From the NCBI RefSeq assembly GCF_006345805.1, contig NC_043016.1, forward strand, positions 24,676,001 to 24,740,000: a stretch of DNA of 64,000 nt, read 5' to 3'. Under the pieces are notes generated by a model. That model did no database searches and was not told the origin of the DNA. It saw nothing but the letters and a program-made list of their open reading frames with translations. The DNA comes from Octopus sinensis. Taxonomy: Eukaryota. The translations under genes and the position numbers were made by a program. Positions 13,634 to 27,981 of the stretch are shown here, piece after piece (the stretch's first letter is position 1; each line of letters begins with the position of its first letter).

Positions 13634-15547
13634 TCAAGATAGTAATTTAAAAATTTGAAAATATTTTAAATATTTTGTTCAACATAAATATAATAATTAA
13701 AAATATTATCTAAAGAAATTAGCTAATTAATAACTTTCCATCATTTGAAATTATCATCTTAAAATATGATCATACTAATTAAGCTGTCATTTTCAAAAGT
13801 CAGTTGAAATAGGAGAGTATGAATAAAAATTTTAATAAATAATTTTTCATGTTAATAAGATTAAAATAGTTATATATAGCACTGCAAACGAATCTATAAA
13901 GAAAAATACATTGATAAGAAACGTACTTTAAAATGGGTGACTGTGACCTATTTGTGTGTCGAGAAATTTTATTAGAAAATTGAAGTATTTATTCTCTATG
14001 CAGCACTGCAAAGCTGAGATAAATCACAACTGAGCTCATGCAAGAGTATATGTATTAAATACAAAATTTGCTATCCAAGGAATTCTTTATATTTTTTCAC
14101 AAAACAATTACCTATGCTGACTGTTCTATGATTATGTTAAACATTTAATGCTTTATGCATTAAACAAAGTAAAAGACAACAAACTAAGAATTTTGATTGT
14201 GAAATTATTGGAAATGAATAAAATTTTTAGATACACAGATTCATTGAAATCAGCTGGCATAATTACCATCATGCAAAAGTAGGTCTTAGTCACTGTTGCA
14301 AAGAAATGGAGATGTGTTTGAGAATGGAAGTGCAAAGTTCAAATTATAAAAATGATATTAGTGATAGTAAAATTTAAAACAAAGTTGATTATAATGTGGT
14401 GTGTGGATTATATCAAGAAGCTGTGGCTTATTAGATAACATACTATTTTGTGGAATAATTTCAAGATTACATTTACAAGGTCACAATTTGTTTTACTAAA
14501 ATGCAATTATTAGGCTAGCAGTACTTTGACTGCATTACAGCAACAGCAGCCCAGTAGCAAATGATAAAGATTTCTGAATAATGGATTTAGACTATGTACA
14601 TGCATACTAAAAGATAAATGATTGAAATTAAAGACACTGGAAAATGCTACATTTTTTGTAAAGCAATAAGTTATGGGTTGAACTCATTAAACAGATATTT
14701 TGAGTTGTTTGTTGACTGTCAATGCATGATTCATACACAGTGACAATGCTATTTTATTACATTACATTATAGGTAATAGGCAAAAATCATCTTCCATGCT
14801 GACATGATCTGATGATACAAAGGAGTTCATCATACTTCAACAAACACTTTATTTACCAACCACTTTAAAGAATTTACTGGGTGTTTTGTTGTTAGTTTTT
14901 TTTTTTTTGGCACCAGCACTAGTAAAGATTGCCTTGCAATTTGCAAAATCAAGGGCCTAAAGTGGTCCCTATAACTCAGGGAAAAGAAGAAAGAGTGGCT
15001 GATAATTCTAGGTGGAGTGATGAGGGAGAAGAAAAGTTAGAGGAGAGAAAACATATTTGCAACAGATTTAACAGATATGACAAATTTATAGTGTAAATAT
15101 GCTATCTTGGCATTAGCATAAGTAGCACATATGGAATACTGTATATGGTGATATTTAATGAACGTCTATTTTTTTCTGTCCAGTGAGAAAGAAAAAGACA
15201 TTTGTTTACAATTTTTACATTCTCTTCCTCTCTTTCTTACTATTTCATCTTCTCTCACTCTTTTTCAATATGTAATTGCAATGTATCAGCAAGGAAATAT
15301 CCCAAAAAGTTGATATATTAAGCATGTCAAGATGCATGCGTGTATGTATGTGCTAATGGATGTTTATGCATGAGTGCAAAGAAATATGTATCCATATAAG
15401 TATATAAATATATGTCAATAGAGAGAGGGGGTGCTTATATGTATGTATGTTTTTACTTGACACTGTCAGAGCTGGATATATTAGCACTTTTGTTGTAATG
15501 TTTGCAAATGCAATAGGTTCCTATGAGCTAATGGATTTACAGATGCT

Positions 15548-15865
15548 TTCTAGACAATAGCGTTCAGGGACCAAAGCGAACACTCATCCTAGAAAATGTT
15601 TAAGGACCTCAGTAAACAACCATTCTAGGCAATGATGCTTAAGGGCCTAACAAAAGCCCATTCTAGACAATGATGTTTAAGGAGTTCAGTAAACAATAAT
15701 TCAAGACAATGGTGTATAGGAAGCTAGGCAAACATACATTCCAGACATTGGCTTTTAAGAAGTTAAGTAAACATCCATTCTAGAAGATGGTGATTCAGAA
15801 TCTCCATAATACCCATCTTAGAAACAATGCTGTTTAGTGAATTGAGCAAACATAAGCTCCAAATT
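15548..15865. repeat. Degenerate minisatellite, unit about 36-40 bp, about 8 copies
   Basis: Recurring TTCTAGACAATGATGTTTAAGG..CT.AGTAAACA..CA units. Confidence 0.8.
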
Positions 15866-16742
15866 AGAGTTTTGGTTGATGTTAAAGGTGCTATACATCA
15901 GTTACCTGCTAGATAGTATCATAACAGGATATATAAGCACTGTCATCATAATGTTTAAAAGTAATTAAATAAATATCTTAAGTTAACTAATTAACTGGTG
16001 TACAGAATGACAAGACATTTAGGCAGTACTTGTAAGTGAAATGACAAGCATGCACACATATTTTGGGCATGCATAAATGCATGTCCATGTCTGTCCAGTG
16101 CTGTAACATTTTCTCTGTGGATGGCATTTTTTCCGACTCAAAAGTAGAGTCAGGAACAGATGATTCTATCTGTAGTCTTCATTTCCTGCTTGGTACCAAA
16201 GCAACCAATGGCTAATTTACTGAATAACTGTAAAAATATTTCAATTTTGAAAGGTTGCTTTAAGACTAGCAAAGCAAAGAAGGTGCGACTACAAAACAAA
16301 GATTTAACAATCAGTTAAATGTGATTTATCTCAATATGTTGCATAAGAAGGAAACCAACATTGCATAGCTATTATTGTAAATAACAGATGGATACACACA
16401 CATACACAAGTATATAGTACAATTATGTACAGAGGAATCACAAACAGACTGACCACAAAATAGAACTTAATGTATACTGGAACAGTTAACATTATGAAAC
16501 AATTATAGAAGACAAGGTTTTATTTAAGCAAAAGACATACTGCAATAGTGGAAATGTGGGAGTAGAAGAAGTGGCTGAGGAAGAGGTTGAGAGAGCAACT
16601 ATCCAATGACAGTTTTTATTGCCATATGAGCAGAACAAAATAAATAAAAATAACGTCCAATACATGGCAATGAAATATATGATAATGAATGTAAGACTGA
16701 AGAAGTGTAAGTCAAGTATGGCTTAGTATTAAATTATCACAG

Positions 16743-18010
16743 AGTTTCAGATCAAAGGAAGGTTAACTGGGAAGATAGTTTTTGTATGTGGAAAATGCTC
16801 AGGTGCTATAAACACTGAAAATGTGCAGAGAACAGCTTCTGTCACGTTCCAGGGAGAAAAACTACAAGTAATTGATAGCTTCCGTTACCTAGGGGACCGA
16901 GTCAGTAGTAGGGGTGGATGCTCTGAAAGTGTAGCTGCCTGGCCAAAGTTCAGCGAGCTCCTACCTCCGCTGGTGACAAAGAGCCTCTCGTTCAGAGTAA
17001 AAAGTAGACCGTATTACGCATGTGTATAAACAACTATGCTACATGGCAGTGAAACATGGGCCATGATTGCTGAGGACATGCTTAAGCTTGCAAGGAATGA
17101 AGCCAGTATGCTCTGCCAGATGTGCAATGTCAGTGTGCATACAAAACAGAGTGTAAGCGCCTTGAGAGAAAAGTTGGATTTAAGAAGCTTCAGATGTGGT
17201 GTGCAAGAGCGATGACTGCGCTGGTATAGTCATATGTTGCGAATGAATGAGGATAGCTGTGTGAAAAAGTGTCACACCCTAGCAATTGAGGGAACCTGTG
17301 GAAGAGGTAGATCAAGGAAGACCTGGGATGATTGGTGAAGCACGACCTTCAAATATTGGGCCTTATTGAGGCAATGACTAGTGACCGTGACCTTTGAAGA
17401 TATGCTGTGCTTGAGAAGACCTGACAAGCTAAGTGAGACCATAACCCGTGGCTTATGCTAGTGGGTGTAACCAACACACTTATGAATACCCCTCATTCAT
17501 TGGATAATAAACTTTGATTGCAATGACCTGTTGAGGCAAGTGAAATCAAAATCCAAATTGCTGGTGTGGCCGATGGCAGCACCGCCTGATTGGTACTCGT
17601 GCCAGTGAAATGTTAAAAGCACCATCCTAGCGCGATCATTGCCAGGGCCACTGATTGGCGCCCATGCTGGTGGCACGTAAAAAGCACCTTTTGAGCATGA
17701 TCGTTGCCAGCGTCGTCTTACTGGTACATGAAAAACAGCATCTGAGCGTGGTCATAGCCGGTGCTGCCGGGCTGGTCCTGTGCAGGTAACATGTAAAAAA
17801 CACCTTTTGTGCATGGTCATTGCCAGAACCATCTGACTGGTCCTCATGCCAGTGGCATGTAAAAGCACCCACTACACTCTCAAAGTGGTTGGCATCAGGA
17901 AGGGCATCCAGCTGTAGAAACTTTGCCAGATCAGATTGGAGCCCTCAGTCAAACCATCCAACCCATGCCAGCATGGAAAGCTGATGTTAAACAATGATGA
18001 TGATGATGAT
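16743..18010 (+). mobile_element. 5'-truncated RTE-clade LINE (ORF 3' end + 3'UTR + (GAT)n tail), decayed
   Basis: Translates to FRYLG...WxKFSELLP...MLHGSETWAM...LRWYSHMLRM...GRGRSRKTW, typical of the RTE ORF C-terminus. Has stops, a repeated 3'UTR and a gatgatgat tail; possible short TSD tcacag. Confidence 0.85.
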
Positions 18011-18520
18011 TCACAGGAACAGGACGATTACATTGATATGGATGTGATGGGGTAATCAATGGAAGCTAACCACAGTATATGCACCTCCACAATGAAAACA
18101 TAGATGACCAAAAAAAGAGTATTTTGTAGGCACTGTGAAACTAGATCAGTATGGAGGGATTATTATCGAAAATGATTACATATAAATGACAATGTGGCTC
18201 TGTGTTAAATTGTACTTGTATAGTGTGAAACAGAGATTCTTAGTTACATATGAAAGCACAGATTTATAGAAGTGTAAGAATCTGATAAAAATACAAATAT
18301 ATATTCTTTTATTAGATTCAGTCGAATGGTATGTAGCCATTCTGTAGTGCAGCCTTCAATAGTTTAATCAAATATATGTGTATGTGTGTTTATTACTGCC
18401 CGATATATATTTTATTTGATCTATTTATATACGCAGAATGTCAAAGTTATACTCTTTAACAGAACACCAATAATGCCTTATGAAACAACATATCTTTGTT
18501 TACATAAACGCGCACACAAG

Positions 18521-18552
<32 letters not shown>

Positions 18553-18775
18553 TGTAACTACAACAAGTTTCCATTCAGTTTCAATCCACAAAATTCTAAT
18601 CACATGGTATTGGTGAATGAGAGGCTATGATACAAAACATTCAAAGCACTGTGCAGTGGTATTGAATTTTTAAAAAACTGGTAATTCAAGGTTTAATGGA
18701 AGAAGTGTTTTAGTCTAGAGTAAAAAAGCATATTAAATACCAAGCAAAAAAAAATTCTATTAAAGCAAATATTGT

Positions 18776-18960
18776 TTAACCCTTTAGCATTTAAACCAGC
18801 CATATCTAGCCTCTTACACCTATCCCTACAAAATCATTCTAAAAATATGGAATCACATCATTAAGATCTCAAAGCTACAAGATGGTGCATGATTAATTCA
18901 AAACAATGTGAATAAATAAGCATCAAATTTGACAGAGTAATCTGAATGCTAAAGGGTTAA
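18776..18960. mobile_element. piggyBac-like MITE (TTAA TSD, TIR CCCTTTAGCATT)
   Basis: ttaaccctttagcatt ... aatgctaaagggttaa; same internal sequence as the copies at 22984 and 41893. Confidence 0.85.
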
Positions 18961-20689
18961 AAGAAAGAGATGAAAGAAACAAAGATATAATGAAAAACAT
19001 ATATAAACACACCAAATATAAATACATATAAATGTATATACACACACACACACACACACATATATTTAATAGGCATCATGCAAATAAAAAATGTCTATTA
19101 TTAAAGACCACTAAAAAAAATTATTAAGTTAGTTCTTTTCAAATTTCCTTTTCCTCATCAGAGTGGTATTATTTATTTACAAAGAGTTCAATTGTTGCAG
19201 AAAGTATAGAACTAGTACTATTGGAAATCACTTATTTTCAACAACATAAAATATAGAGATAGCAATATTTTATAAAAATCATAAAAATCAAAAATCACAA
19301 ACTAAGAATAATCCATAAACTTTGGTGCAACTTTAAATAAATTAAAAGCAAATTCCGAGACAGAAAAAAAATGTTTAGCTTTTAAAAGAAAAATACACAC
19401 ACAGAAAAACGAAATATAAATACTGAAACTTGAGTTCTACATTTGATTCCAGTAGACAAGTTATTTTCTTTTGACTAAGCGTAAAACCAAATTCTTATAA
19501 ATGGAAGGAGATACTCAAAGGAATCAGCACCTAATGTATTACTAGTTTCTATTTTATTTAAACTCCATAAAGACAGAAGAAGGTAAACATACTAAACATT
19601 TCACTTGCCAGTCACATTTTAGCATTTTAAATTTTAAACACATTTCAGTGTGTAGGGAGAGCTAACATCATACCTAAAAGCACTTAATACTGGAGAAAAG
19701 AGAATTTTAAAACTAAATTGCAAATATGTCAATAACGTTAAATGGTTATAATCAGGTTTTGCAAGTATAAGCAGGATGTCTTTGATATTCCTATTGAAAA
19801 ATGTTGTATGAAACTATTACTGATAACCCATTACAAAACAGTTTGAAAATATTTACTACATTTTAAACCTAAGAGACCTCAAAATGAATTCAATTTCATT
19901 TAACATTTATCAACCATACATTCCAGAAAACTATTTTTACCAAAATTAGATCATTTTATTAATGTGAGTAAAAGTACCTCCACCAACCCTAAAATATTAC
20001 TGGCGGTGATTCTGTTCTGTCTTTTTTTCTTCCCAGAAAGCCAAACTTCTCACTGGAATTCCCTTCCTATCCATGTTCTACCCAACCCCTTGCAGACATT
20101 AACTTTCAGTCTTTCAAGAACATCAACCATGTTGATCTCGCCGGTCTCAAACACCTGCAAAGACCACGAGTATAATCCCAAACTATTAAAAAGTAAATTT
20201 AATACTCAATATTTAGTTTATATTCTTAGTACTCTCTAAACCATCTCCAATGCACTTCATGTTTATTAATTTTTTTTTTATAAATAAGTAAAAACTCTCT
20301 TACTAGTAACTTAAAATGTCGCCTAACATTTTAAATGAAATGAGGTAAATGGATTAATAAATATGCTAACTATTCTAATTCAGAATAATTGGTATAAAAG
20401 TTGTGAGTTGATAAGAATGTAAGAATACAAGTGATGTTCACATAAAGCAAATTTCATCCTTGAAATATAGTAATCAAAATTTGAAGATATTTTAAATTAA
20501 CTTAAAAATATATTTACACTAGTCATCCAAGAAGTATTTATCTAAATAATTTTCAACCTACTGAAGAAGTAATTTTGCTAAATTATATTGGCTGAATAAA
20601 CCGACACATTGCTCCTTGCAGTTGCTAATGTTATGGCATTAAAATCATCTTGCTAACAATTGAAACATAACCATAGTTTTATATTAATT

Positions 20690-20925
20690 CATGTACTTGA
20701 TTGGTACTTTATTTTATTGACCTCTTATGAATGAAAGGTAAATTTTGGAATAAGGACAGCAATTTTAGAAGGAGAGTGTTGGTTCATTACATCAATCCCA
20801 GTACTTGACTGGTACTTATTTTCATCAACTCCAAAAGGATTACAGGCTAAGTTGACTTTGGTGAGATTTGAACTCCAATCAGAGAGCTTGAAGAAATGCC
20901 ACTAAGCATTTTATCCAATGCTGTC
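20690..20925 (-). mobile_element. Decayed Nin/Deu-domain SINE
   Basis: cccagtacttgactggtacttattt...aaaaggat..aggc.aagttgactttgg..gatttgaactc. Confidence 0.7.
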
Positions 20926-21780
20926 ATCTATTAGTACTAATATTATTATCATATAAGTAATCTACATATAATATATACAGATTATATGCAAATTTCATTA
21001 ATCAAGATAATACTATTCGCTTCTACAACACAAGTTTAGGGAATACCAACACTTTTCAGTCTTCTAATTTCTATCATCACAGAATTGTATCATATCTGAA
21101 AAGCAGCAATCAGCTAGCAAAAGAAATCTCATCATAAATTGCAACCAACTGTTGTGTCAAAGTCCTACATCTTGTTACAATTAAGGTAGTTCTAAACTTG
21201 CTTGTTCTATAATACCCTCACTTTTCTTCTCTTGTACATGGCTCCTTATAACTATACCATTCCAAGTGACCAAATCACCAATAAAACCACAGAGTATTTG
21301 CCAATGTTAGTGTAAACAGTGCTACACAACGTTGTGACTACAAAACCAAGCTTGGTTCACTCAACCCTTGTAAAATACATTAAAATGTAAGACAGTTTCA
21401 TGCAAGACAGTCCATTCTTCACCCTTTAGAAAGCAACAATGACAGAGAATTTCTATTATCATTTTTCTCTTATCCCCCATGATATATTGACCATGAAATT
21501 TGTTCTATAATATTCAGTAGCATGCTAAGATTATTTGGAGAAAGCATATTGAAGCCATTGTGTAAGTGAGACTATAAGAGAGTGAGTTACAGAAAGTGTG
21601 CGAGAGTGAGTGAAGACAGAGATAAATAAGATAGCAGTAAGCCAAATTATTAAGAGAAATACCATACAACAGATAACAGAAAAAGAAATGAGTGTGGATA
21701 AGTCAATGAATGTAAAAGTAGTAGCAGTGGCCAAAGACAAAATGCTACCTTTTGTGAACATGCACTACATAAAGCAGCTA

Positions 21781-22029
<249 letters not shown>

Positions 22030-22983
22030 TCATGAGAGATAGAGGAGGGGGAGGGGCATGAAAGAAAATGTGGAGATGAACTTAAAAAAAAAATCAGTAT
22101 AAGTAGTTGCTTATTGTCAAGGTTAAACTACAATTGACTAAATGCAGTTGTATATGTGTGTATATATAGTATGTTTACACTGCTATTTGCAAATAAAATA
22201 TAAAGTATTCAATGTGTGTTGTAAAGTAAATAGTTACTTTATTAGTTCTATTTGTACATGTCTATATGTACATCTACATGCACAACCACAAACACATACA
22301 TATATAGATATCCACATACAAACACATAGACAGCCAGATATACAAACAAAAATGCACATATACACTTCTTGCAAGCACATACACGTTATGTATGCATGTA
22401 TACACTTTCATATGAAGAAAGAAAAGGAATATATGTTTTTCTTAATAAGAATGCATTACATTATCCATAAATATATATAAATGTATACTGTACATGGGTG
22501 TTTAAAATATAAAATGAAAAGTTTTCTTTCTTCTGACAATTGAATTACTAATTATTTCATAAGATTAAATATTTATTTTGAGAATAAATTAGCAACCATT
22601 ATGGTTTCTGTTCCTTGGAAACAGCTGATCTTGTATCTTTCCACTCAGACACTCCCAATCCATTTGTGTCTCCTATAGTCATCACCCTTCTGGTGTCCAA
22701 TGCTCTAGGTTATGCACTAAATGCTATACCCAGTTCTTCCTCACCTAAACATCCACCTCCTAGAATCTCTACCCAGCTCATATCTCTCTTGCAACAATTT
22801 AAACATGACATTAATAAGATCAAGCTAACTAGTCTCAGAGTACGTCAAAAAGTCATGGGGCACTGCTTTTCCCTTGGGTTTAGTAAGCAAAAATGAAAAG
22901 GCTTAACTTATTTGAAGTATTATCAAAAATATATATATTAGACAGAGCCTTATTCTCCCAAATACACTCACTAAAAGTAGGAG

Positions 22984-23211
22984 TTAACCCATTTAGCATT
23001 TAAACTGGCCACATCCAAGCCCAAATGTTTTACCAGTTTTATGTTTAAGCCAGACAGATCTGGCCTCTCACATCTACTCTACAATGCCATTGTAAAAATA
23101 AACAATCACATCATGAATCCCAAAGTTACAAGATAATGCATGATTAATTCAAAAGAATGTCAATAAATATACATTACATTGGACAGAGTAACCTGAATGC
23201 TAAAGGGTTAA
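22984..23211. mobile_element. piggyBac-like MITE (TTAA TSD)
   Basis: ttaacccatttagcatt ... aatgctaaagggttaa. Confidence 0.85.
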
Positions 23212-23249
23212 AAAACACTATCACTTCAACAGGGCTCATAGATATGATG

Positions 23250-23365
23250 ATAATGAAAGGCAAAGTTGAACTCAGTAGAATTTGAACTCAAAACGTAGTG
23301 ATGGGCAAAATACTGCTAAGCATTTCATCCAACATGCTAATGATTTTGCAGCTCACTGCCTTAAA
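23250..23365 (-). mobile_element. Nin/Deu-domain SINE 5' fragment
   Basis: gaaaggcaaagttgaactc..gaatttgaactc...gctaagcatttc...gctcactgcc. Confidence 0.7.
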
Positions 23366-23499
23366 AGATAATAATAATAATAATGATTGTCTTTCATGTT
23401 AAGTTAACATCCAAGTACTAAAGCTTATAATTTGCAGAAAGAGACCATGCCATGTGAGACCTCTGACAGCAGGTTGCTGTCTGCTCTCACAGAATCAAC

Positions 23500-23933
23500 C
23501 AGAGCAAGTGAGATCAAGAGCTCTGAGAAGTGAAACGACAGAGCCCCGGGCTAGTAGGGTATTAAGAGCACCATCCGAGCGTAATCGTTGCCAGAATGGC
23601 TATCTGGCCTCCGTGCCAGTGGCACGTAAAAAACACCATTCGAGCGTGATCGTTGCCAGCATCGCCTTACTGGCACCTGTGCCGGTGGCATGTGTAAAAG
23701 ATTCGAGCGAGGTCATTGCCAGTACTGCCTGACTGGCCCCGTGCCAGCGACACGTAAAAGCATCCACTACACTCTCGGAGTGGTTGGCATTAGGAAGGGC
23801 ATCCAGCTATAGAAACTCTGCCAGATCAAGATTGAAGCCTGGTGCAGCCATCTAGTTCGCCAGCCCTCAGTCAAATCGTTCAACCCATGCTAGCATGGAA
23901 AGCGGATGTTAAATGATGATGATGATGATGATG
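23500..23933 (+). mobile_element. RTE LINE 3'UTR-only copy with (GAT)n tail
   Basis: Matches 17530-18010 (aaaagcacccactacactctc...caacccatgctagcatggaaagcggatgttaaatgatgatg). Confidence 0.85.
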
Positions 23934-24589
23934 AATAATAAACAACTTAGGGGAAGTGATTAGCAATTGAGTTTCTTTGATTAAAATTTGGTAATCATTA
24001 TTATCTAGACACTTTGCAGCAAAATTTGCCATTTACTGAGAAACTTTAGATTGACAAATTTGAAGCAATTCATTAAAAAGTTGTTCCTGAAAATAACTAT
24101 TCTCAAATGCCTTAAAATTTGAATATTCGTTAATTAACTTTTCAATGATGGCCAAGTTTTGAAATGTCTTGAAATTTCTTTTCAAAAATAAGGAAAAAGA
24201 ACCAACTGCAAATAATGGCAATGATCTTACTATGAATGAATGAGATCTAATCAAATTCATATACGCTTTTTAATTCAACTAACATACCAGTTGTCAGCAT
24301 TTGAAAATAGTCATAAAATGAATAATACCCTGAGTTATATTTTAAAATACCTTCAAACTAAATGAAATGTTAAAAATATAATGCACAATTTATTGCTTTT
24401 TTTTTTCTTAATAATTAACAATTTAACAATATTTATTCTTCATATCTCATGGTCTAGTATGTTTTAAAAAGTTGATATAATAATAAAACATATAATGATA
24501 AATGTCTTTAGAAATTTCAATGTTTTCTATATTTAAAAAGGTGAGGAATTTCAAGTATGCTTCATTTTATAGTTTATTTTTAAATCTTC

Positions 24590-24932
24590 TATCTTTTATT
24601 CGTTTCAGTTATTAGACTGTGGTCATGCTGGAGCACTGCATTAAAGAAATTCTAGTTGAATGAATCAACACTAGTACTTTTTATTTAAGCCTGGTACTTA
24701 TTCTGTTGATCACTTTTGCTGAACTGCTAAGTTATGCAGTGTGTGGGGGATAGACACTATATATATATATGGCAAGCTTCTTCCAATTTCCGTCTACCAA
24801 ATTCACTTCCAAGGCTTTGATCAGCCTAAGGATATAAATAGAAAACACTTGCCAAAGGTGCATTGCAGTGGGCCTGAATCCAGAACCATGTGATTAAGTA
24901 AGCTTCTTATCACACAGTTACACCTGAGTCTA
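24590..24932 (-). mobile_element. tRNA-derived SINE (family of 55277-55702), decayed
   Basis: Reverse complement of the head, body and tail of the intact copy. Confidence 0.8.
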
Positions 24933-26054
24933 TGTTGGAAATGTTTATGCTTAGAAGGTACAAAAAAAAAAAAACTGAAACCTAAAAAGTGTTCTTGGCT
25001 TGAAGAGAACACTTTGCATGGGTTTCTGAATAAGATTTGCCAAATTTTTTGAAGTAAAATAAAGTGTTGAAAAAGATTTTGTTGTATCTTGCTGATTGAT
25101 TGACTGACTAAATGACTAAGCAAACAATTGACCAGTAAGTTAGTTAAATAATTATGGTGTAATTCAGGAAAGAATGAAAGGAGATAGTTATTATAATAAA
25201 ATGTAATGAAGGAATATAAGAAAATGATGAACATGTAATAATTTGTATAGGATTCTAAAATTAATTGGAATGTCAGGCATAATTAGCAAACCAAACAGTT
25301 CAAGATGCGAAGACATATTTATCATTCATAATACATTTATATTCTTTTATTTGTTTACTAATTGTACTCTTTTGGGCTACAACCATGCTAGGGCACATTT
25401 ATTTTTTTCTTTTGTTCTAATTACAGCAACTATAGTTTTTCATTGGATGCCTTTTTATCAATCAACAAAGACTTTTAGTGTAAAGCGCATCTTGCACAGC
25501 AAATATCACAAAATGCCTTTGTTAGATGCATCAATATATCAAGACATAGCAATACTCATTGGGTAATTTCACAAATTACACCCTAAAAGATATTAGCCAA
25601 ATAGCCATGCTGTATGCAACATACATCTAAAACATACTTTGCAGCAAGGTTAAATGCTTCAGGTATGTAACGTGTGTTGAAAACATATTTTGAAATTCTG
25701 AGCTGATAATGAATATGTATATAAAAGAAAATATCTCATTTCCTCGTTAATGCCAAAATAGAAATTACTCTCATTCAACCTGATAAAGGAAGTTCTAAAA
25801 GTTTTATTTGGCATGAAGTTTCTGAAATTTAAAGATAATGGAGAGTTTTGGCACTTATACAACTTAACCTGCTTCCATCACAATTACACAATGTGTAATT
25901 ACACAATATGTAATTCTTAGTTAAGGTGTAATTTAGAATGTGAATTATTGGTTAAATAAGCTAAATATTAACAGAAATCAAATGAAAAGTATACAAAACG
26001 GTATAACATACTAGAAAGATTCCATACGATATAGTTTTCTTATGATTATTATAT

Positions 26055-26422
26055 TTGTTTCAGCCATTTGACTGTGGTCATGCTTGAGTACCGCCTTTAG
26101 TCAAACAAATCGATCCCAGGACTTATTCTTTGTAAGCCTAGTACGTATTCTATCAGTTCCTTCTGCCGAACTGCTAAGTTACAGGGATGCAAACACACCA
26201 ACATCGGTTGTCAAACAATGGTGGGGAGACAAACACAGACGCACAAACATACACACACATGTGACTTCTTTCAGTTTCCATCTACCAAATCCACTCGTAA
26301 AGCTTTGGTCAGCCCAAGGCTATAGTAGAAGACACTTGCCCAAGATGCCACGCAGTGGGACTGAACCTGGAACCATGTGGCTGGTAAGCAAACTACTTAC
26401 CACACAGCCACTCCTATGCCTA
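26055..26422 (-). mobile_element. tRNA-derived SINE (family of 55277-55702), near full length
   Basis: ...gacacttgcccaagatgccacgcagtgggactgaacc.ggaaccatgtgg..ggtaagcaaactacttaccacacagccactcc. Confidence 0.9.
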
Positions 26423-26623
26423 TGGAGATATGCTTCAAATACATCTTTGTGTAAAGAAATTAATATTAGAACTGAAATGTCAGTCTAAATAAACTACTAA
26501 TTTGTCTTTAAAGTACCAATGGCCAAGACAATATTTATATTTTTACATACTAAAAATTTAGAGAACTAGCTAAAAACTCAATGCTTACTTAATAAAATAA
26601 TTGTGAGTGATATGTAATAAATC

Positions 26624-26960
26624 ACCTGACTGGCACCCATGCTGGTGGCACATAATAAGCACCATTCAAGTATGGGTCAATGCCAGTGCCACCTGACTGC
26701 CTCCTCATGCTGGTGACATATAAAAAGCACCATCCAAATATGGTCGATGCCAATGCCACCTGACTGGCTTCTGTACCGGTGGCACATAAAAAGCACCCAC
26801 TACACTCTCAGAGTAATTGGTGTTAGGAAGGGCGTCCAGCTGTAGAAACTTTACCAGATCAGATTCGAGCCTGGTGCAGCCTACTGGCTTGCCAGTCCTC
26901 AGACAAACCATCCAGCCCATGCTAGCATGAAAAACGGACATTAAACGACGATGATGATGA
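26624..26960 (+). mobile_element. RTE LINE 3'UTR-only copy
   Basis: Same 3'UTR repeats and tail (ggacattaaacgacgatgatgatg). Confidence 0.85.
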
Positions 26961-27779
26961 CGATATTTGACTGTTGACATTCAAATATTAACTTCGGAAA
27001 TATGGAAAATCCTTTCTAAATTTCAAAAGAATTTTAAAATCTGTTCAACCTACAGAAATATAGATACAGCAAACATAAAATTAAGAAGGTGATGATATTT
27101 AAACTGTCTAAAGATTTATTGTCCCATTTACTACTAGACTTATTAAGAACAGAATAAAACACCAGATGTCACATTCTAAATTGAACTCTGCCCGCCTCCA
27201 TTGTGACCATCTGCAAAATCTCTAGACATGCAGACACCGATTTGGATGATGGAGAATATATACCACACACCTGTCACACTGAACAAAACACATACAATTT
27301 CACATTGCACCATGTATAATGAACCACTGCATGTTAGAATGTGCAGGATGGTCCTTTACTAAATGTCTGCATAGTACATAGGGAACTATGAATTTGAAGG
27401 GATCACACCCTCAGAACAATTAGTAATATTACATGAGACTGCTCAATTTGGGCTGATGTGGGCTACACAATAACAGCACAATATTTTCATAGCCAAGAAA
27501 TCAGACTTAAGACAAGAAAGCATTTCACAAAACTCATGATGAAGGTATCAAGTTAAATCCATGTATAGGCTCTAAAGCAAAGAAAAAAGTACTTAAGTTG
27601 AAATACAACATTAAATACATAATTATAAATAGAAATGTTGAATACATAACTATAAAGAGAGATGTAAAATTTTACTTCCTAAATCAAAGAATCATTTCAA
27701 ATGAATAAAATCTAAACTAAACCAACCAACCACCATATCAAATTATATTAAAACTGCAACTGATCAAATGTGATAATAT

Positions 27780-27981
27780 TGGTTTCAAATTTTGGCACAA
27801 GACCAGCAATTTTGGGAGTAAACTGATTACATCAACCCCAATATTCAACTGGTACTTATTTTATCTACCCTGAAAGGATGAAAGGCAAAGTCGACCTTGG
27901 CACAATTTGAACTCAGACAGACAAAAAGCTGCTGAGCATTTTGCCTAGCATGCTAACAATTCTGCCAGATCGCTGCCTTTA
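27780..27981 (-). mobile_element. Nin/Deu-domain SINE with 17-bp TSD
   Basis: atcaaatgtgataatat at 27763-27779 and 27982-27998 flanks the SINE. Confidence 0.9.

Noticed and set aside
15548-15865. CRISPR-like repeat-spacer appearance
   Set aside because: Eukaryotic intron; units are degenerate along their whole length, the variable halves are related to each other, and there are no cas genes.
17580-17880. Hammerhead ribozyme array in the LINE 3'UTR repeats
   Set aside because: CTGA is present, but the CUGANGA...GAAA core with three stems is not.
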